DNA of 64,000 nt, from positions 64,001 through 128,000 of the forward strand of contig CAZPQW010000005.1 in assembly GCA_964588985.1 (NCBI GenBank). The letters are read 5' to 3'. Under the pieces are notes generated by a model. It saw only the letters and a list, made by a program, of their open reading frames with translations. It made no database searches and was not told the DNA's origin. The stretch's first letter is position 1, and each line of letters begins with the position of its first letter. The position numbers and the translations under genes were made by a program. The DNA comes from an uncultured Solirubrobacteraceae bacterium (GTDB lineage Bacteria; Actinomycetota; Thermoleophilia; Solirubrobacterales; Solirubrobacteraceae). Shown piece by piece: positions 1 through 9,560 of this stretch.

Positions 1-113
1 ATCATCTGCGAGGAGAACAGCGGCGCGATGAAGAACAGCGGCGTGACGCGCGCGAGCACGAGGATGAAGCCCGTGAGCTCGTTGCCCGCGAGCTTGCTCA
101 ACAGCGCGTTCAC
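1..113 (-). CDS. fliR: Flagellar export protein FliR, 5' part (truncated by window edge)
   Basis: GTG at 113 overlaps the fliQ stop (GTGA); reads MNALLSKLAGNELTGFILVLARVTPLFFIAPLFSSQM, typical FliR N-terminus; fliP-fliQ-fliR order. Confidence 0.85.
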   Translation of the reverse strand, partial: MNALLSKLAGNELTGFILVLARVTPLFFIAPLFSSQM

Positions 114-382
114 GTGCCGACCATCGTGGGGATCGCGGTGTAGAGCGCGGTCGTGTAGGAGACGAGCTGGCCGAGCATCCACGGCCCGAGCAGGACGATC
201 ACGACGGCCACGCCGACGATCTTCGGGATCAGCGTGAGGCTCTGCTCCTGGATCTGGGTGACCGCCTGGAAGACGCTGATCACGAGCCCGATCACGAGGC
301 CGACGAGCAGCAGCGGGCCGGCGATCTTGAGCGCCAGGCTCATGGCCTGCGAGGCGAGGTTGACGACGGTGTCCTGGTTCAT
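110..382 (-). CDS. fliQ: Flagellar export protein FliQ
   Basis: 90 aa, FQAVTQIQEQSLTLIPKI motif, two TM segments. Confidence 0.95.
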   Translation of the reverse strand: MNQDTVVNLASQAMSLALKIAGPLLLVGLVIGLVISVFQAVTQIQEQSLTLIPKIVGVAVVIVLLGPWMLGQLVSYTTALYTAIPTMVGT

Positions 383-383
383 G

Positions 384-1019
384 TCAGTGGAAGCTCTGCA
401 CGAGCGCTTTGATGACGAGGTCCCAGCCGTCGACGAGGACGAACAGCAGGATCTTGAACGGGAGCGAGATGAACGTCGGCGGGAGCATGATCATGCCCAT
501 GCTCATCAGCGTCGAGGAGACGATCAGGTCGATGATCAGGAACGGCAGGAAGATCAGGAAGCCGATCTGGAACGCGGTCTTCAGCTCGGAGACGATGAAC
601 GCGGGGATCAGCACCTCGGTGGGCACGTCGGCGCGCTTGTGCGGCTGTTTGGCGTGGGCGAGGCTCACGAACAGCGAGATGTCCTGCACGCGCGTCTGGT
701 GGAACATGAATTCGCGCAGCGGCTGCTCGGCGCGTTCGAGCGCCACCGTGGTGCTGATCTTGTGCGCGTTGAGGGGTTCGAATGCGTCCTTCTTGATCGC
801 GCTCACGGTGGGCGCCATCACGAAGATCGTGAGGAACAGCGCGATTCCGACGAGCACCTGGTTGGGCGGCGCGCTGTTGGTGCCGACCGCGGTGCGGATG
901 AACCCGAGCACGATCAGGATGCGGCTGAAGCCGGTGACGGTGAAGAGGATCGCGGGCACGAGCGTGAGCCCGCCGATCAGCAGCAGGATCTGAACGGCGT
1001 TCGAGGAGTTGAGGTTCAA
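384..1019 (-). CDS. fliP: Flagellar export pore protein FliP
   Basis: PPNQVLVGIALFLT, PAFIVSELKTAFQIGF, ISLPFKILLFVLVDGW motifs. Confidence 0.97.
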   Translation of the reverse strand: MNLNSSNAVQILLLIGGLTLVPAILFTVTGFSRILIVLGFIRTAVGTNSAPPNQVLVGIALFLTIFVMAPTVSAIKKDAFEPLNAHKISTTVALERAEQPLREFMFHQTRVQDISLFVSLAHAKQPHKRADVPTEVLIPAFIVSELKTAFQIGFLIFLPFLIIDLIVSSTLMSMGMIMLPPTFISLPFKILLFVLVDGWDLVIKALVQSFH

Positions 1020-1609
1020 CGACGCACCGTCAATTCACGTAGGCGCTCGACGAGTCCGGAGGAGGGCGAGGGCATGCGCATCGGGTCGTGGCGTGCCGGC
1101 GCGGGCGGACCGGGGAGCTGGAAGCGGCGCGGGCGTGGCGCATCGATGTCGTCGGTCAAAGGCAGGCCGGCCTCGCGCGCCTGCTCTTCGGTGTAGCGGT
1201 GGATCGGCACGAGGCCGTGCTCGCCGCTGCCGACGAGGATGTAGTCGCTGCCGGCACGGATCAGGTGCACGGCGCGCCCGGTGGAGAGGGTGATCGCGGC
1301 GACGCTCGCGAGGCCGGAGCTGGAGATGCTCGGATCGCGTCCGGCCTTGACCTGGCGCAGGATCCAGTAGAGCCCCCAGATCACGGCGATCACGATCGCG
1401 AGGCCGACGATCGTGCGCACGATCGACGCGCCGCCGCTACTCGTGTGCGCGCCGGTCGTGGTGGGGCTGAGGTTCAGCGGGGTGCTTTCCCCACCCGCTT
1501 TCGTGGCCGGCGTATACGCCGAGGCCGGGCAGGCGAAAGCGAGCAGGCATGCGCCAAGCACCGCGGTCGCCTGCGCGACCGCACGGGAAAGCGGGATCAA
1601 CTTAGTCAT
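1016..1609 (-). CDS. fliO: Flagellar biosynthesis protein FliO/FliZ
   Basis: Signal-like N-terminus, TM helix and FliO-like beta region; directly upstream of fliP. Confidence 0.8.
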   Translation of the reverse strand: MTKLIPLSRAVAQATAVLGACLLAFACPASAYTPATKAGGESTPLNLSPTTTGAHTSSGGASIVRTIVGLAIVIAVIWGLYWILRQVKAGRDPSISSSGLASVAAITLSTGRAVHLIRAGSDYILVGSGEHGLVPIHRYTEEQAREAGLPLTDDIDAPRPRRFQLPGPPAPARHDPMRMPSPSSGLVERLRELTVRR

Positions 1610-1642
1610 CGAGGGACGACTCCGAGGAAGAGTCGTCCCCGG

Positions 1643-1669
1643 TTATCGGCCCGCACGCCCGGGTCTTGA
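1643..1669 (-). promoter_or_regulatory. Sigma-28 (FliA/WhiG)-type promoter of fliO operon
   Basis: TCAA-N15-GCCGATAA on minus strand. Confidence 0.75.
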
Positions 1670-1692
1670 GGAAACGGCCCCTTACGTACGGG

Positions 1693-2883
1693 TCAGAGCA
1701 GCTGCTCGAGCTGCACGCCCCAGGCGCCCTCGCCGGTGACGACGAGACTGCCGTTGGCGAAGCACAGCCCGTTGGCGAACAGCTCGACGGGCTCCTCGGC
1801 GAGCTGGTCGAGCTCGACGACCGCGCCGGGGGCGAGATCGAGCGACGCGCCGATCCCCATGTGGGTCCTGCCCAGCTCGGCCCACACGCGCACGAAGATG
1901 CTGCTGAGGATCGCGCCCCCGTCGGGGCCCTCCGCGGCGCCCGCTACGTGCGCTCGCGCGCGTTCGAGCTCGGCGCGGCCGAGCGTCGCGTAGGTGTCGG
2001 CGCGGATCGGCGGTTCGCCGGTGGACTCGAGCTTGATCGCGCGCCGCGCGCCGCTGCGCCCGGGGCGCCCGCGGCCGATCGAGATTCCCTCCGCGAACAG
2101 GCGCACGCCGTCCTCGGCGTGCCCCTCGAGCTCCACGAGCGTGCCGGGACCCAGCTCCAACAGGCGCGCGATGCCCATCTGCGCGGAGCCGACCTCGGCG
2201 CGCAGCAGCACGTGCGCGCTCGCGACTCCACGGGCGAGCGCCTCGGGGCCGGGCGCGGACGCCTGCAGGCTCAGCCGCTGGCCCCCGCCGCCGCGGATGC
2301 TCTCGGCGACCGGCTCCACGGCCCACCACGGGATCAGCAGCGACATCGTCGAGGACTGTCCGGCGATGACGGTGGCGAAGGCGATCGACAGCGTGGGCTC
2401 GTTGGCGGGGACTAGCACGCCGGCGTCGCCCTCCACGTCGAGCGCGCCGCGCGTCAGCTCGGGTCCGTCGAGCTCGGTCCAGGCGCTCGAGAGCCCGCTC
2501 ACGATCGCGTCGAGCAGCCCGGCGGCGAGCTTCCAGTCGAGCTCGCTCAGATGACGCTCCACCGAGGCGCTGGCGGCGTCTCCGCCGAGCATGCATTCGA
2601 GCGCGTGCAGCACGAGCGTCCGCTCGACGCTCAGCAGCATGGAGCGTTCGATCGCGCTCTCCTCCACCGCCACCGCGACCGAGTCGACGGGCAGCTGCGC
2701 CTTGGCCTCGGCCCAGGTGCGCTGCGCGACATCCCCCACGCTCAGCTGCACCTCGCATGAGAGCTCCTTGGCCATCCACTCGCCGAGCTCCTCGCAGAAT
2801 GGCTCGAGCGCGTCGCCGATACGGCGCCTGATCTCGGTGGTGAACTTCGCCGGCTGTGAGAAGTCGAGCGAGGCTATTGCCAT
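1693..2883 (-). CDS. fliM: Flagellar switch protein FliM with two C-terminal SpoA (FliMN_C) domains
   Basis: DFSQPAKF start, MLGG and ERHLSELD middle-domain motifs, then two SpoA-like repeats (LLRAEVGSAQM..., VRVWAELGRTHM...). Confidence 0.8.
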   Translation of the reverse strand: MAIASLDFSQPAKFTTEIRRRIGDALEPFCEELGEWMAKELSCEVQLSVGDVAQRTWAEAKAQLPVDSVAVAVEESAIERSMLLSVERTLVLHALECMLGGDAASASVERHLSELDWKLAAGLLDAIVSGLSSAWTELDGPELTRGALDVEGDAGVLVPANEPTLSIAFATVIAGQSSTMSLLIPWWAVEPVAESIRGGGGQRLSLQASAPGPEALARGVASAHVLLRAEVGSAQMGIARLLELGPGTLVELEGHAEDGVRLFAEGISIGRGRPGRSGARRAIKLESTGEPPIRADTYATLGRAELERARAHVAGAAEGPDGGAILSSIFVRVWAELGRTHMGIGASLDLAPGAVVELDQLAEEPVELFANGLCFANGSLVVTGEGAWGVQLEQLL

Positions 2884-2889
2884 GTCAGG

Positions 2890-3288
2890 TCAGTCTTGGG
2901 GGGCCGCGGAGGGGTCTGCGGCTTGTGGGGAGGAGTCCCCGCCGGCGTCAGCGGCTGCGCCGTTGCGGGATTGCTCGCCGTCCTGCTGGGAGTCGAGGAT
3001 CTCGGTGACCCGCAGACCGTACTGCTCGTCCACGACGATCACCTCGCCGCGGGCGATCGCGGTGCCGTTGACGAGCAGGTCGACCGGCTGGCCGGCCTCG
3101 CGCTCGAGCGTCACGACCGAGCCGACGCCGAGCTCGAGCGTCTCGCCGACGGTCATGTGCGTGCGTCCGATCTCCACACTGAGCTCCATCGGGATGTCGC
3201 TGAGGCGGCTCAGATCCGGCTCGGAGGAGGAGACCCCATCCGGCTGGGCGGTCTGATCGAACTGCTCGTACTCGATTGCGTCGGTCAA
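2890..3288 (-). CDS. fliN: Flagellar switch protein FliN
   Basis: DIPMELSVEIGRT...ARGEVIVVDEQYGLRVTEI. Confidence 0.95.
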   Translation of the reverse strand: MTDAIEYEQFDQTAQPDGVSSSEPDLSRLSDIPMELSVEIGRTHMTVGETLELGVGSVVTLEREAGQPVDLLVNGTAIARGEVIVVDEQYGLRVTEILDSQQDGEQSRNGAAADAGGDSSPQAADPSAAPQD

Positions 3289-3297
3289 GCGTGCTCC

Positions 3298-3732
3298 CTA
3301 TTGGACGGCCAGGTCGGGGATCAGGACCTCTTCGACTTTGACGTCCGTCTGCTTCTCGATTTCGTGGAGGATCTGGGTGCGGATGCTGTGCCTGCCCCTG
3401 GAGCTGGTGAGCGTTTCGCCGTTCTGCCCGGTCACCGCGTTCGTCACGATTTCGCGGACCAACGGTTCCTCAGGCAGCGTACCGGGCCCACCTTCGGAAC
3501 TGGTGGAGGCGGTCGCCGAGGCCCCGTCGCTCTGCCCCGGAGCGAGCTGCAGCGCGACGGTGAGCTTGGCGTAGCGGCCGTCGCTGAGGTTGAGCAGGAA
3601 CGTCTGCGGCATCACGTAGATGGTGCCGGCGATCTTCGGCTTGACGACCTTGGGCTTGGGCTTGGTCATGGTGTAGCCCGCGAACAGCAGGATCGGCAGG
3701 GCGACGATGAATATCTTCTTGTTCTTGAGCAT
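3298..3732 (-). CDS. fliL: Flagellar basal body protein FliL
   Basis: N-terminal TM anchor, FLLNLSDGRYAKL motif, position after motB. Confidence 0.85.
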   Translation of the reverse strand: MLKNKKIFIVALPILLFAGYTMTKPKPKVVKPKIAGTIYVMPQTFLLNLSDGRYAKLTVALQLAPGQSDGASATASTSSEGGPGTLPEEPLVREIVTNAVTGQNGETLTSSRGRHSIRTQILHEIEKQTDVKVEEVLIPDLAVQ

Positions 3733-3747
3733 GGTCAGGGTGGGCTT

Positions 3748-4617
3748 TCAGGGTTCGCTTTGGGCTTCGTTGGTGAAAATCCGGCGCATCACGATCTCCA
3801 CGCGGCGGTTGCGCGCGCGTCCTGCGGCGGTGGCGTCGCTCGAGAGAGGGTGCTGGTCGGCGTTGCCGGTGGCGGTGAGCCTGCGCGGCGTGACGCCGTG
3901 TTCGATCAGGAAGCGCACGACGGTGCTGGCGCGCGCGGTCGAGAGCTCCCAGTTGCTCGGGAACTGCGCGCTGTGGATCGGCACGTTGTCGGTGTTGCCT
4001 TCGACATCCAGCGGGTGGGTGGAGTCGACGTTCAGCAGTTCTGCGATCTCGCCCAGCAGCCCGTGCGCGCGGCTATCGAGCGAGGCCTGCCCGGAGGGGA
4101 ACAGGAGGTCATCGGTGAGCACCCTGATGACGAGCCCCTTGGGTTCGATCGCGACCTTGACGCTTTTGCTGAATCCGTGCTTGGCGGCGTAGCTTTCGAG
4201 GCGCTGTTTGATGTGCGCGAACACCTGCGCCTCGTGCGACGCGGCGTTCTGGTGCGCGGCCGCGGCGGCTGAGCTCTGGGCGCTGGAGGAGCTCTTGGTG
4301 GATTCCGTCGCGCTCGGGGTGCTGAGCGCGGTGACCGGCGTGACGGCCTGCAGATCGGCGGCCTGGGGCACATGGCTGGAGTTGTTGGTGGCGCCCTGCG
4401 AGGAGAGGGCTTTGCCGCCGGGGAGGATGTTGCCCGAGAAGGCGGCCTTGAGGGAGTGCTGCAGCACCTGGTACTTGGACACGTTGACGGAGGAGATCGA
4501 GAACAGCACCATGAACAGCGCCATCAGCAGCGTGATCATGTCGGCGTAGGTGAGCAGCCAGCGCTCCTCGCTCTCCTCGCCTCCGCCGTGACCGGCGCGT
4601 TTGCGTCCGCGGGCCAT
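3748..4617 (-). CDS. motB: Stator protein MotB
   Basis: ERWLLTYADMITLLMALF; OmpA-like domain SNWELSTARA...NRRVEI. Confidence 0.95.
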   Translation of the reverse strand: MARGRKRAGHGGGEESEERWLLTYADMITLLMALFMVLFSISSVNVSKYQVLQHSLKAAFSGNILPGGKALSSQGATNNSSHVPQAADLQAVTPVTALSTPSATESTKSSSSAQSSAAAAAHQNAASHEAQVFAHIKQRLESYAAKHGFSKSVKVAIEPKGLVIRVLTDDLLFPSGQASLDSRAHGLLGEIAELLNVDSTHPLDVEGNTDNVPIHSAQFPSNWELSTARASTVVRFLIEHGVTPRRLTATGNADQHPLSSDATAAGRARNRRVEIVMRRIFTNEAQSEP

Positions 4618-4619
4618 TC

Positions 4620-5426
4620 TCAGGCCGCCTGGAACTCGACATCCCCGCGTGCCATCTGCGGCTCGTCCTCGGTGGAGCGCTGGGCGGGCGGGACGTAGGA
4701 CATGAGCTTTTCGGAGACCAGCCGCGGGTTGTCCCCGGCCTGGATCGAGAGGATCCCCTCGACGGTCATCATCCGCAGCTCGACCTCTTCGGCGGAGATC
4801 GCCTTGAGGCGGTTGGCGATCGGCAGGAAGATGACGTTGGCGGCGCCGACGCCGAGCAGGGTGGCGATGAACGCGGCGGAGATAGACGGGCCGAGGGTGG
4901 AGGGGGCGGCGAGGTTCTCGAGCACGTGCACGAGACCGAGCACCGTGCCGATGATCCCCATCGTGGGGGCGAAGCCGCCGGCCTTCTCGAACGGCGCGGC
5001 GCCGGCGTGGTGGCGGGCCGCCATGCCGTCGACCTCGGCCTCGAGGATCGCGTGCACCATCTCCGGGTCGGTGCCGTCGACGACGAGCTGCAGGGCGTTG
5101 CGGGTGAAGGTGTCCTCGATCTCGCCGAGCTGCGCGTCGAGCGCGAGCAGGCCCTCGCGCCGGGCCTTGTCGGCGAGCGTGACGAGCCGGTCGAGCTGCC
5201 CGCGCATGTCGGGCGGTTCGGCGGAGAAGACCATCTTGTAGAGGCTCGGGACGCGCTTCATCGACTCCATGCCGACGCTGGCCATCGTGACGCCGCCGGT
5301 CCCGCCGAGGATGATGAGGAGAGCCGGGATGTTGATGAACGAGGCGGGACTGGTCCCATCCATCATTGAGCTCATCAGCAGTGAGCCAAAGGCCACCCCG
5401 ATTCCGATGGCCGTAGAAGCCTTCAT
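4620..5426 (-). CDS. motA: Stator protein MotA
   Basis: ARREGLLAL, GGFAPTMGIIGTVLGL, IQAGDNP; ATG at 5426 chosen because it follows a sigma-28 promoter. Confidence 0.95.
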   Translation of the reverse strand: MKASTAIGIGVAFGSLLMSSMMDGTSPASFINIPALLIILGGTGGVTMASVGMESMKRVPSLYKMVFSAEPPDMRGQLDRLVTLADKARREGLLALDAQLGEIEDTFTRNALQLVVDGTDPEMVHAILEAEVDGMAARHHAGAAPFEKAGGFAPTMGIIGTVLGLVHVLENLAAPSTLGPSISAAFIATLLGVGAANVIFLPIANRLKAISAEEVELRMMTVEGILSIQAGDNPRLVSEKLMSYVPPAQRSTEDEPQMARGDVEFQAA

Positions 5427-5434
5427 TGGACTCA

Positions 5435-5461
5435 ACATCGGCCGGGCCGAGGTTTCCTTCA
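5435..5461 (-). promoter_or_regulatory. Sigma-28-type promoter of motA (probably leaderless)
   Basis: TGAA-N15-GCCGATGT, 8 nt before ATG. Confidence 0.65.
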
Positions 5462-5559
5462 ATGCTGCCGAAACTCGTGCAACATTCGTCCCAGAGGGCG
5501 GTCTCGGGGTCTCCAGGCCTGTTCAGCCCGACCCTGCGAAGCGTTCTAGAAAATACAGA

Positions 5560-5850
5560 TTACGCAGGTGAGTCCTCGACCGCGGAGAGCCGCGCCGAGT
5601 CGCGCTGGGCTGGCGATGGCCCTCCCGCGCGCTCCGGCCGACGACGCCTGAGCGCGTCGCTCATGATCAGCGCGCGGTAGGCGCTGACCTCGGAGGCGAC
5701 CTCTTCGGGCGTCTCGGCGACGACGACCTTTGCGCCGGTCGCGAGCGCGATCACGGTGTCGGGCGTGGATTCGACCGTGACGATCATGTCGGGATTGAGT
5801 TGAAATGGCTCGTCGCTCTGGCCGAGCCGGTGCAGCGTGATCATCGGCAC
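5560..5850 (-). CDS. flbD: Flagellar FlbD/SwrD family protein
   Basis: MITLHRL...LNPDMIVTVESTPDTVIAL; between flgE and motA as in Firmicutes. Confidence 0.88.
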   Translation of the reverse strand: MPMITLHRLGQSDEPFQLNPDMIVTVESTPDTVIALATGAKVVVAETPEEVASEVSAYRALIMSDALRRRRPERAGGPSPAQRDSARLSAVEDSPA

Positions 5851-5974
5851 TCCCCTCTGTTGCGACTGTGCCTCCGGTGGGACGACGCGCTGTGGCGCCG
5901 CCCCACCTCGGGCTCCTCGGAGTTCGTGTTCGTCCCTCGCAACCTCCTTGGTCGCTGACTGGAAGAAGATCGGG

Positions 5975-6868
5975 CTACTGGACCATCGTCACGACCGTCT
6001 GGAGCATCTGGTCGGAGACGCTGATCACGCGCGAGTTGGCCTGATAGCCGCGCTCGGCGGTGATCATGTTGGTCATCTCGGTGGCGAGGTCGACGTTGGA
6101 CATCTCGAGCTCTCCGCCGATCGTCGAGCCGAAGCCCGCGGTGGAGGGGGTGCCGACGATCGGCGTCCCCGAGTTGGCCGTCTGACCCCACAGCGAGCCG
6201 CCGAGCCGTTCGAGGCCCGATTCGTTGGCGAACGTGGCCAGCGAGATGTAGCCGGCGGTGACACGCTGTTGGTAGGTTTTCGATTCGGGGTTCTCGTCGG
6301 TGTAGTTGACCGACCCGTCCTGGCCGATCGACACGTTGGCCGAGCCGGGCGGGATCTTGAGGTATGTGTCTTCGGTGCCCGCCGTGTAGGTGGTGCCGGT
6401 TTCGGTTTCGTTGGCGACGGCGTTGCGCCCGATCACGTACTCGCCCGCCTGCGTGATCAGCAGGCCCTGCGTGTTGGTGGTGAGGTCGCCGGCGCGCGTG
6501 TACTGGAGGCTGGCGGGCTGCGCCGAGGTGAGTGGTTCTTTGGGTTCGCCGGCGCCGACGCGCAGGAAGCCCGGTCCCTCGATCGCGACGTCGAGCGGGT
6601 TGTTGGTCGATTGGAAGGAGCCCTCGGTCATCGTGTTGCGGGTCGCGGAGACCTGCACCCCGAGCCCGATCTGCACCGGGTTCGATCCACCGTTGGTGGT
6701 CGTCGGTCCAGAGGCCCCGCGGAGCACCTGCGTGAGCGAGTCCGCGAACGTGACGCTCGCGCCCTTGTAGCCCACGGTGTTGACGTTCGCCAGGTCGGCG
6801 GCGGTCTCGTTGAGCATCGCTTGATTTGCGTCGAGGCCGCTGATCGCGGCATACATTCCAGCCATCAT
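5975..6868 (-). CDS. flgE: Flagellar hook protein FlgE (short form)
   Basis: LANVNTVGYK, YTRAG, LEMSNVDLATEMTNMITAERGYQANSRVI; downstream of flgD. Confidence 0.9.
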   Translation of the reverse strand: MMAGMYAAISGLDANQAMLNETAADLANVNTVGYKGASVTFADSLTQVLRGASGPTTTNGGSNPVQIGLGVQVSATRNTMTEGSFQSTNNPLDVAIEGPGFLRVGAGEPKEPLTSAQPASLQYTRAGDLTTNTQGLLITQAGEYVIGRNAVANETETGTTYTAGTEDTYLKIPPGSANVSIGQDGSVNYTDENPESKTYQQRVTAGYISLATFANESGLERLGGSLWGQTANSGTPIVGTPSTAGFGSTIGGELEMSNVDLATEMTNMITAERGYQANSRVISVSDQMLQTVVTMVQ

Positions 6869-6935
6869 GTTGACTGCCCTTCCTTTCGCGGCCCCCTCGC
6901 AGAGGTCCAGCCGCCGTTGTGGCCTGTCGCCCTTC

Positions 6936-7355
6936 TCATGCGATCACGGCACTGTCGATGTTGGTGAACACGTTGTCCTTCATGTGTTCGGATCCGACGG
7001 CCGTGATGACCGTGCGGTTGCTGACGGACACCACGAACGCGGTGCCGTCGACAAGGACGAGGGAGTCGCGCGAGCCCTTGCTTGCGGCGCGGGCGACCCC
7101 CTGTGAGAGCCGGCCGAGCGTCGCCTGGTCGAGCTCGATCCCGCGGCGCTGCACGCGGGCGAGCGCGTGGCGGGAGAACTGCAGGGACTCGGCCGCGCCG
7201 GCCTTGGTGAGCGCGTCCGCGAAGGACTGTCCGGGGGCGGCGCCGGTCTGCGGGGCGTTCGCGGGCTTGCCCGCGCCGGGTGCGGCGGCGGGGGCAACCG
7301 GCGCTCCGAGGCCACCGGGCGGTATCAGCGCGGGGTTGGAGGGGATCGAGCTCAA
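6936..7355 (-). CDS. Flagellar operon protein (TIGR02530-like)
   Basis: LQFSRHALARVQRRGI...NRTVITAV...NVFTNIDSAVI; between flgD and flgE. Confidence 0.88.
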   Translation of the reverse strand: MSSIPSNPALIPPGGLGAPVAPAAAPGAGKPANAPQTGAAPGQSFADALTKAGAAESLQFSRHALARVQRRGIELDQATLGRLSQGVARAASKGSRDSLVLVDGTAFVVSVSNRTVITAVGSEHMKDNVFTNIDSAVIA

Positions 7356-7759
7356 TTGACTTCCGTGATGCTCGCGAGCTTCACGCCGCCGACGCCTTCG
7401 ATGGTCACGGTGGTGCCGGAGGCGTTGGACTGGACGCTCTGGACTTTCCCCACGGCGACGCCGCCGGCGGGGTTGTTGTAGGCGACGGTGCGCCCGATCA
7501 GCTGGACCGCGCCGGATAGCTCGTTGGCGTTGGCGAGGTTGGTGGTCTGCTCGACCTGGGTGAACTGGGCGAGCTCGTTGATGTATTCGTTGGTGTTGGC
7601 CGGCTGCAGCGGATCCTGCGCCTGCAGCTGCGCGATCATCAGTTTGAGGAAGTCGTTCTGGCCGAGCATGCCGTTGGAGTTTTCGGTGCCCGACGTGGAG
7701 CCAGATCCGGCGCTGTTGCTCGCGGCGGCGGCCTGTGCTGTGGGGTTGACGGTGGTCAT
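7352..7759 (-). CDS. flgD: Flagellar hook capping protein FlgD
   Basis: FLKLMIAQLQAQDPLQP...LAQFTQVEQ; ATG at 7759 preceded by GAAAGGA. Confidence 0.92.
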   Translation of the reverse strand: MTTVNPTAQAAAASNSAGSGSTSGTENSNGMLGQNDFLKLMIAQLQAQDPLQPANTNEYINELAQFTQVEQTTNLANANELSGAVQLIGRTVAYNNPAGGVAVGKVQSVQSNASGTTVTIEGVGGVKLASITEVN

Positions 7760-7781
7760 GGTCTTGGTCCTTTCGTGTGGC

Positions 7782-9560
7782 TCACGCGAGCACGTCGACG
7801 AGCTCGCCGCGCGGCGGTCCCGAGATCGACTGGACGCCTTCGAGTCCGGGCACCGGCTCGGAACCGGCCTCCCCGTCTTCGGGGCGGGTGGACGAGCCCG
7901 GGGCGCTTGAGTCCGAGCGCCCGGGGAAGCGGCCTTCGCCCCCTCCGACGTCCGACTGCGCGGATGAGCCGATGTCCAGCCGCAGGAGCGACACGCCGAG
8001 CGAGTGGTGAAGCTCGGCACGGCATCCCACGAGCACCTGGGCGACGGCGGGCGTGTCGGCGGTGACCCGTGCGAGCAGTCCGTCGGAGGTCTGGGTGAGA
8101 TGGATGCGGATCTCGCCCAGCTCGGCCGGATGCAGCGCGATCCGCGCCTGGGTCAACCCCTGGCGGGCGGCCACCTCGATCGTGGCGCCGATCGAGTCGA
8201 TCATGTCCTGCATGCCCGCACCCGAGGCGAAGCTCGGTGCCGAGACGGACGCGGTGGCGGTGGCCTGCGCGCCCACTGGCGAGGCTGCGAGCGGCTGGCC
8301 GGCTGCGTCCGTGGGGCTCGCCGGCGTCGAGTCGTTGGCGCTCGCGGTCTGGGTGGCGACGGCCAGCGCCCCCGGACGGGCTCCCTGGCCACGGGAGAAC
8401 GCGGCTTTGGCCGGGAGGGCGTTCGGTTGCGTCGGGGCGGCGGCGACCGTGTAGGCGACGCTCGTGTTTGGAGAGGATGCGGCTTCGCCGGGCTCGGATC
8501 GCGTGGTGGCCGTGCCCTCGCCTGTCGTGGGTTCGCCGGTCGGCGCGACTGCCGGGGGCGGCGTCTGGCTGGCGGTGAGCGAGACCGGGGGTGGTGACTC
8601 AGAGGAGCCGGTCGCGGTGGGCGGGCTGGCGGGGAGGGCCTGCGTGGTGGTTGCTGTCACGGCGGCCTTCGTGCCGGGTGTCTGGGGAGCGGCGTCGAGC
8701 GGTGGCTGGGCAGCCCCGGGCGCGGGCGTCGCGGTTGCGCTCGTGGCGTCGTTTGCGAGCGGGGTGCTGGACGCGCTCGCCGGTGTGGTCGCGAGCGAGG
8801 AGTGCGCATCTGCGGGGGGCGCGGGCTCCCGGAGCCGCGGCGCGGGGGCCGGCTCTCTCGAGGTGCGCGCATCCGTACCCGAGCGTGGAGTCGGCGGCGC
8901 TGGGACGTTGGCAGCGCCTTCCTGGACGCCAGGATCCTGGCTCGGCACGGGTGCCGCGGCGTCCGTGCTCGGGATGGGCGTGGCGGCGCTCGAGGTCGCG
9001 GGGAGGGGCGTGCCGGCGGTGTCGGCGGTGTCGGCGGCCGCACTCGTCGCTCGATCCGAGGCCGCGGGACTCGCGCCAGGGGTGGCTGGCGATGGGGCCG
9101 CGGTGGGTGCGGTCGGGATGGCTGCCTGCGTGAGCTGGTCGGCGGCGGTCTGCCCCTCCGTGCTCGCCGGTGCCGCTGAAGCCGATGCGCCCACGGCGAT
9201 GCTGAGAGCGGCGGCTGTCCCTGTGGCCAACGAGCTGGCTGGTGCATACGGGGCCGCGGGCGTTGCCGTGGCCGCTGATTCGGCGGAGGCGGAAGGCGTG
9301 GGCGCGGCGGACGCCGTCGGAGCGCCGGCCACAGCCGCAGCCGCCGGCAGCGCCGCTGCGGCGAGCGTGGTCGCACCGGTGGGCGCTTCGCTCGCGTCTG
9401 GCGAGTGACTCTGTTTGTGGCCTTCCGCAGTGGCGGTCCGGGCCCAGTGTTCCTCCAGCGCGCTCTGGAAGGGCGGCGCGCCTGGTGGGGCTCCCGGTGG
9501 AGCCGCGCCGCTCGTCGGCGGCGAGGATCCGGGCGGTGGGAGCTTCTGCGCGATCATCAT
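7782..9560 (-). CDS. fliK: Hook-length control protein FliK
   Basis: Long A/P/T/S-rich linker, C-terminal ARIALHPAELGEIRIHL motif. Confidence 0.85.
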   Translation of the reverse strand: MMIAQKLPPPGSSPPTSGAAPPGAPPGAPPFQSALEEHWARTATAEGHKQSHSPDASEAPTGATTLAAAALPAAAAVAGAPTASAAPTPSASAESAATATPAAPYAPASSLATGTAAALSIAVGASASAAPASTEGQTAADQLTQAAIPTAPTAAPSPATPGASPAASDRATSAAADTADTAGTPLPATSSAATPIPSTDAAAPVPSQDPGVQEGAANVPAPPTPRSGTDARTSREPAPAPRLREPAPPADAHSSLATTPASASSTPLANDATSATATPAPGAAQPPLDAAPQTPGTKAAVTATTTQALPASPPTATGSSESPPPVSLTASQTPPPAVAPTGEPTTGEGTATTRSEPGEAASSPNTSVAYTVAAAPTQPNALPAKAAFSRGQGARPGALAVATQTASANDSTPASPTDAAGQPLAASPVGAQATATASVSAPSFASGAGMQDMIDSIGATIEVAARQGLTQARIALHPAELGEIRIHLTQTSDGLLARVTADTPAVAQVLVGCRAELHHSLGVSLLRLDIGSSAQSDVGGGEGRFPGRSDSSAPGSSTRPEDGEAGSEPVPGLEGVQSISGPPRGELVDVLA

